Source: Eledone cirrhosa (Eukaryota). Taken from it: a stretch of 64,000 nt of DNA. Positions 12,620-24,545 of the stretch are shown here, one piece after another. The translations under genes and the position numbers were made by a program. Under the pieces are notes generated by a model. The model saw only the letters and a program-made list of their open reading frames with translations, made no database searches and was not told the DNA's origin. Every line of letters starts with the position of its first letter. The first letter of the stretch is position 1. The stretch covers positions 295,678,001 to 295,742,000 of the forward strand of contig OZ024741.1 of assembly GCA_964016885.1 (NCBI GenBank). The letters are read 5' to 3'.

Positions 12620-14730
12620 CCATCACCATCATCATCACCATTTAACATCCATTTTCCCACGCTAGCATGGGTTAGACAAGTTGTCCTGTTGTAAGAAATG
12701 CAAGGTCAGGTGACCATGTCTTGCTCATACCGAACTGATTTTGGCTTGGTTTCTACAACTGGGTACTCTAACGCCAACCACATTTACAGTGTGTACTGGG
12801 TGCTTTTATTCGTGATGCCTACATGACCACTTTACAATGTGGGCTGAGTGCTTTTTGACATGACACCTACATGACCACTTTACAGTGTGGGCTGGGGACT
12901 TTGGTGGGAGTGGGGTGTCTGGTGAATTGGGGGGGGGGGGTATTCGTGTGTGTGTGTGAGGAGCAGATTGTTAGGATATGGGAGGTTATGGAAGGGGGCT
13001 GGGTTGGAGCACACTAGCTGTATGCTTCCACCTGTGCTCATGGTAGGTGTTTGGAAAAGTTGGGTGGGGTTGAGGTGAAGGTGGTGTATACTATATTTAT
13101 GCTTCAGCCTGTGATCATGGCAATGTAGGCCTTCTGTATTACTGCATAATGCCAGAGATCTCGGTCCTGTGTCATCACCTTTGAGAGGTGCAGTTGGGCA
13201 AAGTCAGCTTTTATCACTTCATCCCAAGTCTTCCTGGCTTTTCTCACTCCATGGCTTCCATCAACTTTCAAGCCTCTGCACCTTTTTATAACACTGTCAT
13301 CCTTCATATGCATCACATGTCCGTACCAACATAATCTCCTCTCTTGCACACTGCATCTCTTGCACACTGCACTGCATTTATGCCTAGTTTCTCTCCTCCA
13401 AGTTGCCCTCTAAGTCTGACAATGAAATCGTTAACAACTATGTCATGTTGGGAGGTGCATTCCTCACCAGGGAAGGATTTTGTGTTTACCACTGTCACTA
13501 TATCTCATCCCCTTGTAAGGATAAAATCTATCTGACTAGCATGTTCATCAGATCTATAGGTGATCAGGTGGTTGTCAGGTTTTTTTGAAGTCTGTGTTCA
13601 TATTGAGAGGTCATTTGCATCACAGAATTCTAGCAGACTGAAACCTTCTTCATTTCTTGTGGCCTCCGTGGCCTCCATGGACTCTGTAGAAGTCATCACA
13701 GTGTTTTCCAACGTGTCCATTAGAGTTCCCCTTGATGATTAGGAAGTCACTGGCATTCATTAGCATAGTAGTGTGCAATAGGGATTCATAAAATCTATCT
13801 TTGAATTAGTCTAACAACCCAATTTGGGGAGTGTATGCAGATAAAATGTTATCCGTTGTTCTATTTAGGACTAATCTGAGTTTAATGAGTCTTGCATTCA
13901 CTCTTTCTACAGAGATTACCTTATCTGCCTATTTGTGAGCTAATAAGATACCTACTCCCCCCTCTTTATCATTTCCCACTCCACCCTGAAAAATTAGTAG
14001 CACAGTTTTTTGCCTACAAGGAGTCTAGCTGACTCTCCTCTCCATCTAGTCTCTTGTCCACAACATACATCAATTTTCTTCCATTCTAGCATCTCTATAA
14101 TCTCTCCTATTCTTCCTTTCATTGTGCTCTCATTGATGGTGCCAATTCAGAAGTTTGGACATTTGCTGCCAATGGTAGAGGAGGAAGTAGAGGGTGGGTA
14201 TTTGTGGGGTTAGGGTGGGTGTATGTTCTCTGTACCGGAAATAAAGGTTTACATGGTCGACAGGAAAAGTGTGGATTCATATTTATATTTCAGGTTGCTC
14301 CATCATTTCACTCCATCCATAATAACAAAAATGTCCAAGAAGAGTAGAAAAGATAGTAGCAATAGTAGTATTAGTTATTGCCACGGATAGTGGATGAAGA
14401 TATCTTTGTATTGCCGTGACTTGATTGGTCTAAGAGGGTAGGGTAGTGTGGGATTGGGAGTGGTGGAAATTGTGAGGTAAGTGAGTGGTTCGTCTGACTA
14501 ACGTCTTAGAGGAACAGGAGACATGAAACAAGATATAGCCATTGTTGATGGTACACATGAAATGAAATGAATACATGGAATAGGACTTAAGATAGCCATT
14601 GTTGATAGAATGAATGGAATAGAATAGAGCCAAGCCTTAAATAAATACATCCCAGTAAGCCATGTTGATACTTGTTAATAGGGGAGAAGAGAGATTTTGG
14701 GGTTTGTAAATTACAGGTGGACATGAAATG
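12620..14730 (-). mobile_element. Old RTE copy with the whole RT deleted (endonuclease relic joined to C-terminus near 13403)
   Basis: APE relic 13405-14150 (VVNTKSFPGEECTSQH) joined to ERRLCWYGHVM at 13104-13400; 3' UTR and (CAT)n at ~12620; upstream sequence 14530-14730 recurs at 15668-15846. Confidence 0.8.
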
Positions 14731-15115
14731 GAATTGGAGAAGGAAAACTACATATGTGAAAAACGGGCAACAATTTGAGATGAAATGAAATATGTGGTGG
14801 CTTTGATTCTAGTTTCTTATAAGACAGGAAGTTGATAGAGAAAGAAAGGGAGGGAAAGAAGAAGGAGATAGGGAGAGTGTGGTGAGATTAGATTGACTAA
14901 TACACATACACTTATTATATATATATATATACATATATATACATATACATACATACATATATATACATATATATATATATTAGAAAGTGAGGGTTTTTTA
15001 CAAAATGAAAAATAACCAAGGTGTCCTACACAAGTGAAAGTATAAAGAAAAAAAGATGAAATCGAAAATGCAACTGGAGTCTTATTTTTTTAAAAATATA
15101 TATATTTATTTGGTT

Positions 15116-15153
15116 CCTTTACCGGTTTCGCAGTTCTTCTGTGTTTTCAAAAG
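15116..15153 (-). ncRNA. Minimal hammerhead motif, U3-A8 covariant
   Basis: CTT-TTGAAAA-CACAG(AAGAA)CTGC-GAAAC-CG-GTA-AAGG. Confidence 0.6.
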
Positions 15154-15221
15154 TAGAGTTGAGATGGAGGGTCTGTGGTTTTTCTTACATGAAAAACCAC
15201 AGACCCTCCATCTCAATTCTA

Positions 15222-15258
15222 CTTTTGAAAAGCAGAAGAACTGCGGAACTGGTAAAGG
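15222..15258 (+). ncRNA. Degenerate hammerhead motif, U3-A8 covariant
   Basis: CTT-TTGAAAA-GCAG(AAGAA)CTGC-GGAAC-TG-GTA-AAGG; GAAA core mutated to GGAA. Confidence 0.45.
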
Positions 15259-15338
15259 AACCAAATAAATATATATATATTTTTTTAAATAAGACTCCAG
15301 TTGCATTTTCGATTTCATCTTTTTTTCTTTATATATAT

Positions 15339-15505
15339 ATATTGTTATACTTTGGGAGGGTCATGTTGCCAATAAGAAACACACGTGAAGTGAAAGCAAG
15401 TGAAAGCAACTAGTGCGTGGGTTTCTTATTGGTAACATGACCCTCTCAAAGTATAACAATATCGGTTTCAACACACGTTTTCAGATAAAGAATCTTGCTA
15501 AACAA
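15339..15505. repeat. Hairpin of the pLTR-tail family seen at 6672-6790
   Basis: Arms 15339-15385 / 15416-15462 (ATATTGTTATACTTTG..GAGGGTCATG); between (TA)n tracts. Confidence 0.75.
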
Positions 15506-15514
15506 ATTCAGAAA

Positions 15515-15575
<61 letters not shown>

Positions 15576-15827
15576 ACAGTTACACATGAATATACAGTAT
15601 AAGCATATATATATATATATACAATACATACACGCATATACATACAATATATACATATATATACACACATGAAATGAATACGTGCAATAGGACTTAAGAT
15701 AGCCATTGTTGATAGAATACATGGGAAAGATATATGGAATAGAATAGAGCCAATCCTGAAATAAATACATCCCAGTCAGCCATGTTGATACTTTTTGATA
15801 CGGAAAAAGAGAGATTTGGGAATTTGT

Positions 15828-15972
15828 AAATTACAGTTGGGCATGATATATATATATACTAATTACAGGTGGGCATGATATATATATATACTAATTACAG
15901 GTGGGCATGATATATATATATACTAATTACAGGTGGGCATGATATATATATATACTAATTACAGGTGGGCAT

Positions 15973-16007
<35 letters not shown>

Positions 16008-16117
16008 TAATTACAGGTGGGCATGATCCCACCCTTGCAAGCAGGGAAGAGCGGACGTAAAATGATGATATATATATATATACTAATTGCAGGTGGGCAT
16101 GATATATATATATATAT
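15828..16117. repeat. Tandem array of CTAATTACAGGTGGGCATGA-(TA)n units with an embedded RTE 3' tail
   Basis: About seven copies seen; RTE tail at 16028-16070; another copy at 20449-20478. Confidence 0.85.
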
Positions 16118-19100
16118 ATCATCATCATCGTTTAACGTCTATCTTCCATGCTAGCATGAGTTTAGATGGGAATTGTTTCACTTGAGGCAAGATTGGTTGT
16201 CTCGCTCATATAGGACTGTCTGGCTTGATTTCTATGGCTGGATGCCCTTCCTAACACCAACCACGTTTACAGTGTGGACTGGGAGGTTTTTACCGTGTTA
16301 CCTGCACGACCACATTACAGCGTGGGCTGTGTGTTTTGTTTTGTCGTGACACCTACACGACTCATTTATTTAGGACTGGATGTTGTGGTACCTACATAAC
16401 TTTACAGAGAAAGGAGTGGTGTTGATGGAGGTGGGGGAGTTGGGGTAGTGGGATGGGGGTGTATTTTTGGTTAAGAGGTGCCTACTGACTGTAGGTTTCG
16501 CTTTGTACTTAGGCAAGGGGGGGTTTCTGTATTACTGCGTAGCGCCAAAGATCTCGGTCCAGTGACATTGTGTTAGAGGGGTGTAAGAGTGTAAGGTCGG
16601 AATTTATCAAATTGTCCCAGGTTTTTCTGGGTCTACCTACTCGGCAACTTCTGTCAATTTTGATCGCCCTGCACTTTTTTATACAGCTGTCACCTTTCAT
16701 GCGCATCACGTGACCATACCAACGTAGTCTTCTCTCGAGTAAACAACATCTGATCCCTCTTATTTCTAATTTCTCACTTAGTTCATTTATGCTTTGCCGT
16801 TCACGTATATTACTATTACACATCCAGCAGAGCATGCATGCTTCGTTCCTCTCCAGTCTGCACAGATCCTCTGCACAAAAGGCCCATGTCTCACTGCCAT
16901 GTAACATAGCTGTTCATATGCAGGCATCATACAGTCTGCCTTTCATTTTTAGAGAGAAACCTTTAGCAGCCAATAGTGGTATAAGCTCTCTGAACTTTTT
17001 CCATCCCGTTCTGACTCTGGCTACTGTACTTTCTAAGCACCCTCCACCACTGCTGATTTTGTCACCCAGGTAACGGAAGGTGTCCACTATTTCTATAGAA
17101 CCATCTGGGCTATAGAAGGAGCTAGTATCCTGTAGGCACTTGCTACTTATTGCACCTGAGCAGCGGCCACATATAAAATCTACTTTCTTAGATAGCTTAC
17201 CTGTGATCCCACTACATCTTTTATGCACCTATACTTTGCATTTGGGACATGAAATGGAATTTCTGCCTACTCCTTTCCTACACACTGAGTATGGCCATTT
17301 CCCAAAGAGGACCTGTGCCCTATTTTCCTTCCTACATACTAGAACTTTAGTTTTAGACAAGTTAACTTTAACGCCTTTTGATTCTAAGCCATGCTTCCAT
17401 GTTTGGAATTTCTTCTCTAGTTCAGCCATCGATTCAGCTATGAATGTTAGATCATCTTCATATAGAAGTTCCCATGGGCAGCCGGTCTTGAACTCCTCTG
17501 TTGTAGCCTGAAGGGTAATAATAAATAGGAGGGGGCTAAGGACAGAGCCCTGATGAACACCAACTGTTACGCTAAATTCTTCACTATATTCGTTGTTAAT
17601 TCTAACCTTGCTGACTGTTTCTTTATACAAGCCATTCATCAACCCCTAGTTTTCTAAAGGCCCACCAGATAATGGCAGACTCTGTCAAATGCTTTCTCCA
17701 AGTCAACAAAAGCTAAGTATAGGGGTTTACTTTTAGCTAGGTACTTCTCCTGTAGTTGTCGTACAAGGAAAAGGTGGTACTTTTACCTGACACAAACCCA
17801 AACTGCATTTCGTCTAGATCAATTTGCTCTCTGATTAGTTGTGCTATAACTTTTTGTGACCTTCATGACCTGGTCAATTAATTAAAGCCTCTATAGTTTC
17901 TTCTATCTAAGGCATCTCCTTTACCCTTGTAGCAGTTAATGATGATGCTGCTACACCAGTCATTTGGTATGACCCCGTTCTGTATGACTTGGTTTACTAT
18001 CCGGGTGACCATAGTGTGTCCCACTGTTCCAGATGCTTTCAGCATTTCAGCAACTATTTCCGAAGGCCCAGCTGCCTTGCCTGTCTCCATATCTTTGATT
18101 GCCTTACTTATTATACTACCTTCAACTTGCACTGCTGGTCCCTTTATTGGATCGATGTGGGGCAGACTATCTTTTTCCCATTTATTCTCCTCATTTAGTA
18201 GCCTCTCATAGTGACACTTCAAAGCTACCTTCTTATCAGCGTCAGTGATGGCAAGTACGCCATCATCATTAAGGACACACTTCTCGCCGACAATATCACG
18301 GTTTTCCTTGATACATTGCCTAGCAATCCTGAACACCTCACGTTTTTGGTCCTCGCATTGTAGAACATGTTTGAACTTTCTTTCCTCTGCTTCCCTTCTT
18401 ACAAAGTACACTTGTCTCCTAGCTTCCCTCCTGGCCACTTGATAGTGTTCTCTACTTCCCCCATCCCGCCATACTTTCCAAGCCTGCTTTTTGGCCTTGA
18501 TTGACTCCTCCACCTTATTGTTCCACCACCACGTTACTCTCCTCCTGCCTATAGGTCTGCTCCAGCCACAGATTTCATCTGTTGCCTTCAGCAGGTTCAC
18601 TTTCAAGAATTGCCACTGTTCCTCTATATTGTATGTCATTAATTGCTCTTCCTTACTGTCGAAAGCATCATGTAATATGCTTTTAAATTTGTTACTGGCT
18701 GTGGGGTCCTTTAACTTCCATATTCTTCTCCTTAGGGTAGTCCTCCTCTGTTGTCGAGTACGTCTCGTCCTGACTATGAGGCTATGTTGGAGGTGCATTC
18801 TTCATGGGGGGGGGGGTTAGTGTTTACAACAGACACTCTGTTACGTCTTCTGGTAAGGATATAAACTATCTGACTGGTGTGTTCCCCTGATCTATAGGTG
18901 ATCAAGTGATTGTCTCGTTTTTTGAAGTTTGTGTTACAGATAGTTAGGTTATTTGTGTCACAGAATTCCAGGATTCTGGAGCCTTCCTCATTTCTAGAAC
19001 CAAACCCATAGCCTCCATGGATTCCATCATAGCCATCACAATGTTGTCCAACGTGACCATTTAGGTCACCAGCAATAGTAGTCACTGTCGGTTATTTGGG

Positions 19101-20340
19101 AGGTAGTGAGCATTAGCGACTCATAGAATCTGTCTTTTATAATGCCAGGCAGTCCGGATTGGGTGCATACACGGATATTACTGTCACAGTTGTTCTATTT
19201 AGGACAAGTCTTATTTTAATTATTCTGTCGTTCACTCTATTTATGCCTATTACCTTATCTACCCATTTTTCTGCTAACATGATTCCTACTCCACCCAGCC
19301 CATTGTCATTTCCCACCCAGAAAAGTTTATAGCATCGTTTTTTACCCACAATGAATCTAGCAGACCCACCCCTCCACCTTGTCTCTTGAACACAGCAAAC
19401 ATCAACATCCTTACGTTCAAGCATCTCTACAACCTCGTTAGAGCGACCTTTTAAAGAGCCTACATTCATGGTACCAACTCTGAAGTTTTGGATTGCATTT
19501 GGTGGGTGGGAAGGATGAGGCGCAGGGAGTGGTGAGGGAGATGGGGTTATGTTAGCCTTCCGCGGCCGAAATAAAGAGGAGTCCTTGCATTCTCGTCCGG
19601 CAATATGAGGTGAATTTATCTTTATCTTTGACATTGTCATTGAGTGTCCAGATTCTTCAGACTCTCCAGAATTCTATAGTCCATCTAGCATATCAAAAGC
19701 AACGAGGTCTAAACTTAAGAAGTGATAGCTGAGGCGGGGGTTTTGTGAAAGAGATTGGTAAGAGAAACATATTATAAGCCGCTGAATTATGATTGGACCA
19801 AATAATAATGGTGGCGAGTGGGGCGGGGGGAGGGATCTGGGGGAGTTAGCGAGAAGGCTCGAGAAGGTTATTTTATAATATAATCCTAGAAATTCGGCCA
19901 TAATTAAACGAGCATATAACAGTAATCAGAATTTAAATACAAGAAGAAGATTGTTTTGAAGGTCTGACAGAATTATCGAATAACATTGAAAAGATTGGAT
20001 TCTAAGTTAAACGGACGATATAATACTGATAGGTAAATGGACTAGGAAAAACATGGAGAGACAAGAAAATAGGGTGAAATACATTACATTTCTCAAAATC
20101 AAGCATTTGGCCAAGATAAGGGATCGACAAACTCTGAGATTCGTAACTAACAACAGGTTTATTTTATATTTGCGGAGAGAGGAGAGAGGGAGGGGTGAGC
20201 GAACCCGCAGGCATATATACGATATATGAGGGGGACAGAGAAGGGAGCGAGAAGGTTCAAGAAGGTTATTTTATAATATAATCCTAGAAATTCGGCCATA
20301 ATTAAATGAGCATATAACAGTAATCAGAGTTTAAATACTA
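16118..20340 (-). mobile_element. Near full-length RTE LINE, pseudogenised
   Basis: APE ([24 protein letters not shown]) 18800-19640 and RT/PHD/C-terminus 16509-18798, broken by frameshifts and stops; YEDD in place of YADD; (CAT)n tail at 16118; ~700-bp 5' UTR. Confidence 0.95.
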
Positions 20341-20351
20341 AGGATACTAAT

Positions 20352-20388
20352 TACCGGTTTCAGCATTTTATGCATTATCAAAGGGGGG
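20352..20388 (-). ncRNA. Hammerhead motif (U3-A8) truncated at its cleavage triplet
   Basis: CCCCCCT-TTGATAA-T-GCAT(AAA)ATGC-T-GAAAC-CG-GTA; no stem I partner downstream. Confidence 0.55.
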
Positions 20389-20571
20389 AATTTGTATTGG
20401 TGTAAAATGTTGGTGATGTTGAACATGTTAAGGAAATTATAAAGGATACTAATTACAGGTGGGCATCATATATATAGATAGATATATATAGAGAGAGAGA
20501 GATATGTATATAGATATATATATGTGTATATATATATATATTTTAAAAAAATAATAATTTAAAAAAAAATA

Positions 20572-22935
20572 ATAATTAAACAAGCAGATAAAGGGGGTGC
20601 AGTTGTTATAATGGATGCTGAATACTACAAGGATTTGGTTGAGGAACAACTGAAAGACACAACATTCTATCATGAAATATCGTCAAATATAGACCACAAC
20701 ATCATGAAGAAGATCAACAACCTGGCTTCAAAATACCACAACTCACTTACTAATAAGGAAAGAGACTACATCACCAATTTTGACTCAAAACCCAGCAACC
20801 TGTATGGCCTACCGAAAGTTCATAAGTCAAAAGAAATACAACTGGCAGTAAGAGAACAAAACAGTGAGTACATTAAATTACTACACCCAAAAGACTTAAA
20901 ACTTAGACCTATTATAGCTGGTCCAACATGCCCCACCCACCGTCTAAGCAAGTTTGTTGACATTATTTTAAAACCACTATGTATTCACATACCCAGTTTC
21001 ATCCGGGATGATATTGACTTCCTGGCCCATCTTCCCAAAACCACGGAAACGAATTCACTTCTACTTAGTTTTGACGTGGTAAGCCTTTACACCAACATTG
21101 CACATGATTTAGGAATAAATGCGGTTAAATACTGGTTGGAAAAACATAGAGAAGTGATTCCCATCAGATTCACAGCCCCATTTATATTAGATGCAGTTAA
21201 ACTTATTCTGGAAAACAACACTTTCTTCTTCAATGGAAAGAATTACATCCAAATTAGAGGCACAGCGATGGGAACGAAGTTTGCTCCTGTTTACGCGAAC
21301 TCTGTAATGGGATACTTAGAACAACAACTCTACCAAGAAATAGAGGAAAAATATAGTACTGACTTTAGAAAGTACATTGAAAAATCTTGGAAGAGATACC
21401 TTGACGACTGTTTCATCATCTGGACAGAATCTCTAGATACTCTGGATGAGTTAAATATCCTCCTGAATAACCTACACCCATCTCTTCAATTCACAAAAGA
21501 GATGAGTAGTACCAAATTACCATTCCTAGATATAATGATAATAAAAAACGACACCACCATTACCACGGATATATATTATAAACACACAGACACCCATCAA
21601 TATCTGAATTTTAAGTCGTGCCATCCACCTCATACAAAACGCAACATCCCATACTGCCTAGCCAGAAGAATTTGTACCATTGTACGAATACCAGGTACAA
21701 ACGCCTAACAGAACTAAGAGAATTTTTGCTCAAACAAAAATACCCATCTCTACTTATAGAAAATGGCATACAGCAGACTATAAAAATACCTATACAACAA
21801 CTTAGGACAACCCAAGGAAGAAGAAACCAAGAACTGGTCATACCATTTATAATGACACACAACCCATGTCACCAGAATATCTTCAACACTGCCAAAGCAA
21901 ACCTACCGATCATTGCTCAAAGTAATGAATTAAAAGGCTTAATCACAGATCGATCTTTGACTCTTAGTAAAAGACAGCCGAAAAATTTGAAGCAATTACT
22001 AACAAAAGCAAAGTTTGACCTTAACAACAAAGACCAATCATTCACTGTATCTAAATGCAATGATAGTCGATGTGGCACATGTCGATCCATACACGCCTGT
22101 CAATATATGAAAACAAAAACTGGAAAAATATTCCCAAATGCAAATATGAACTGCAAAAGCAGAAATCTAATTTACTGCATTAAATGCCCAAATTGTGAAG
22201 AACTATATGTCGGTCAAACTGGAAATGCACTATCGGAACGTGCACGGGTACACTGACAGCAAATCAGAGACCCAAATGTCCGTCAGATACCCCTAAGTAT
22301 CATGTGGTCAGGGAATATTTATAATATTCCCATTCTACAAATTACACAGCCCAAGTGAAATCAAGAGAAAAATCAAAGAAAAGAATGTTATTGATAAATT
22401 CAAACCCAAGCTAAATGAACAATAATAATGGGGTATTCTACTATCACTATGACTACGACCACTAACAACAACAACAATAATAATAATAATAAAAGTGATG
22501 TTGATGGTGATGATTACTAGAAAATGCTATTTTCATCATTTCTAAAAATAGCAAAACAATCGATGCTTTGGATAGGGTCAATTAGTAGTCGTTAGACATG
22601 CTCAACCAACCGTGACGCCTAAACCAATCAGCTTTGGTAATCCAGTGAAACTACACACCAATTGGTCGAAATACAGTTTGCAAGCTTTAGCATTCTGGAG
22701 CCACTTTTCACTGTATATAAGGCACAAAATTTACCCATCTCATTACAGTTGAAAATTGCAAACTTGACTGTCACCACATATTGTGAACCTGAAGATTGCG
22801 AAAGCATGAAAGTACTTGTTCAATTAACACTTAACATTTAATATTCTACCATACTATTTCATTTTAATACCATTATAAATTTTAAAGGATTGTAAATAAA
22901 ACGAGTAAATCAGACAAAGTTGGAATTCCTTTTAT
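20572..22935 (+). mobile_element. Penelope-like element (RT + Zn finger + GIY-YIG + pLTR), 5'-truncated and frameshifted
   Basis: IIKQADKGG, YGLPKVHK, LRPII, SFDVVSLYTNI, GTAMG, RYLDD, LPFLD; KCNDSRCGTC and LIYCIKCPNCEELYVGQT; frameshift ~21690, TGA at 22254; TATA-like box ~22714, AATAAA ~22895; ends at (TA)n. Confidence 0.95.
22784..22822 (+). ncRNA. Minimal type-I hammerhead ribozyme in the Penelope pLTR
   Basis: TGAAC-CTGAAGA-T-TGC(GAAA)GCA-T-GAAA-GTAC-TT-GTTCA; 5-bp stem I, GNRA-capped stem II, palindromic AAGTACTT stem III. Confidence 0.85.
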
Positions 22936-22962
22936 TAATATATATATATATATATATATATA

Positions 22963-23206
22963 TCATCATCATCATCATCATCATGTTTAACGTCCGCTTG
23001 CATGGGTTTGGACGGGGCTATTTCCCACTTGAGGCAAGAGTAATTGTCTTGCTCGCATAGGACTGTCTGGCGGGTTTTCTACAGCTGGATGCCCTTCCTA
23101 ACACCAACCACATTTACAGTGTGGGGCTGGGAGGTTTTTACCGTGTTGCCTACACGGCCACATTACAGCGTGGACTGTGTGTTTTTTTTGTCGTGACACC
23201 TACACG
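22963..23206 (-). mobile_element. RTE 3'-UTR fragment with (CAT)n tail
   Basis: Reverse complement of 2045-2290; both ends in (TA)n. Confidence 0.85.
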
Positions 23207-23323
23207 ATCTATATATATATATATTTGTATATATATATATATATTTGTATATATATATATATATATTTGTATATATATATATATTTGTATATATATGTAT
23301 ATATATATATTTGTATATATATG

Positions 23324-23354
<31 letters not shown>

Positions 23355-23421
23355 TTGTATATATATGTATATATATATATGTATATATATATTTGTATAT
23401 ATATGTATATATATATATATA

Positions 23422-23725
23422 TGGAGGCACATGGCTTAGTGGTTAGAGCATTGGCCTTGCAATCGAAAGGTTGTGAGTTCAATTCTCAGACCGGGTGATG
23501 TGTTGTTTCCTTGAGCAAGGCACTTTATTTCATATTGCTCCAGTTTACTCACCTGTAGAAGTGGTCGTGGAGGTGCCACGGGAAAAAAGCACCCAGCCCT
23601 CACTGTAAATGAGGTTGGTGTTAGGAAGGGCATCCAGCTGTAGAAATCAAGCCAGAATCAGTTCCCGTCTCACCCTTGCAAGCAAGGAAAAGTGGACGTA
23701 AAATGAAATGATGATGAAATGATGA
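23422..23725 (+). mobile_element. tRNA-head/CORE-like SINE joined to an RTE 3' tail
   Basis: A box TGGCTTAGTGG, B box GAGTTCAATTC, CORE-like CCTTGAGCAAGGCACTTTA, then RTE 3' UTR ending in ATGATGAT. Confidence 0.75.
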
Positions 23726-23741
23726 TATATATATATATTTG

Positions 23742-23787
<46 letters not shown>

Positions 23788-23828
23788 TTTGTATATATAT
23801 ATATATATCTATATATATATATATATAT

Positions 23829-23955
23829 CCGTCGAAACGGCTTGAGCTCAGCCGTCGGGGTCCTACTCATTCCTATTACCCACTCTACTAATCTAAGTAT
23901 TGAGTACTTTGGTGCGTTATGGTCCACCTGGTTCCTTACCACATTTCCTTCGTTA
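23829..23955 (+). ncRNA. 3' half of a hammerhead motif plus pLTR-like tail within (TA)n
   Basis: GAA-ACGGCT(TGAGCTC)AGCCGT-C-GGGG: 6-bp stem III and GUC triplet; the CUGANGA half is missing. Confidence 0.5.
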
Positions 23956-23983
23956 TATATATATATTTGTATATATATATATT

Positions 23984-24022
<39 letters not shown>

Positions 24023-24136
24023 TTGTATATATATTTGTATATATATGTATATATATATGTTTGTATATATATGTATATATATATATTTGTATATATATGT
24101 GTATATATACAAATATATATATATATACAAATATAT

Positions 24137-24167
<31 letters not shown>

Positions 24168-24212
24168 CAAATATATATATATATACAAATATATATATAT
24201 ATGTATATACAA

Positions 24213-24243
<31 letters not shown>

Positions 24244-24282
24244 TATATATATATATACAAATATATATATATATATATATAT

Positions 24283-24321
<39 letters not shown>

Positions 24322-24545
24322 AATATATATATATATATACAAATATATATATATATATATACAAATATATATACAAATATATATATATATATATATATAT
24401 ACAAATATATATATATATATATATACAAATATATATATATACATATATATACAAATATATATATATACAAATATATACATATATATACAAATATATATAT
24501 ACAAATATATATATACATATATACAAATATATATATACATATATA

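Larger units (their letters stand above)
14980..15333. mobile_element. ~290-bp fold-back of a Penelope-type pLTR with a hammerhead motif in each arm
   Basis: Arms 15041-15184 / 15191-15333 with a 6-nt loop and a few mismatches; both ends in (TA)n. Confidence 0.85.
23209..24545. repeat. Compound (TA)n microsatellite with TTTG/CAAA interruptions hosting small insertions
   Basis: Seen directly; interruption polarity flips near 24105. Confidence 0.9.

Noticed and set aside
15828-16117. Regularly spaced short repeats resembling a CRISPR array
   Set aside because: Spacers are just (TA)n, the context is eukaryotic and there are no cas genes
22254-22256. In-frame TGA in the Penelope GIY-YIG as possible selenocysteine (known in some Naiad PLEs)
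   Set aside because: Aligns to Arg in the 38369 copy (VHR), consistent with CGA>TGA decay rather than a Cys position
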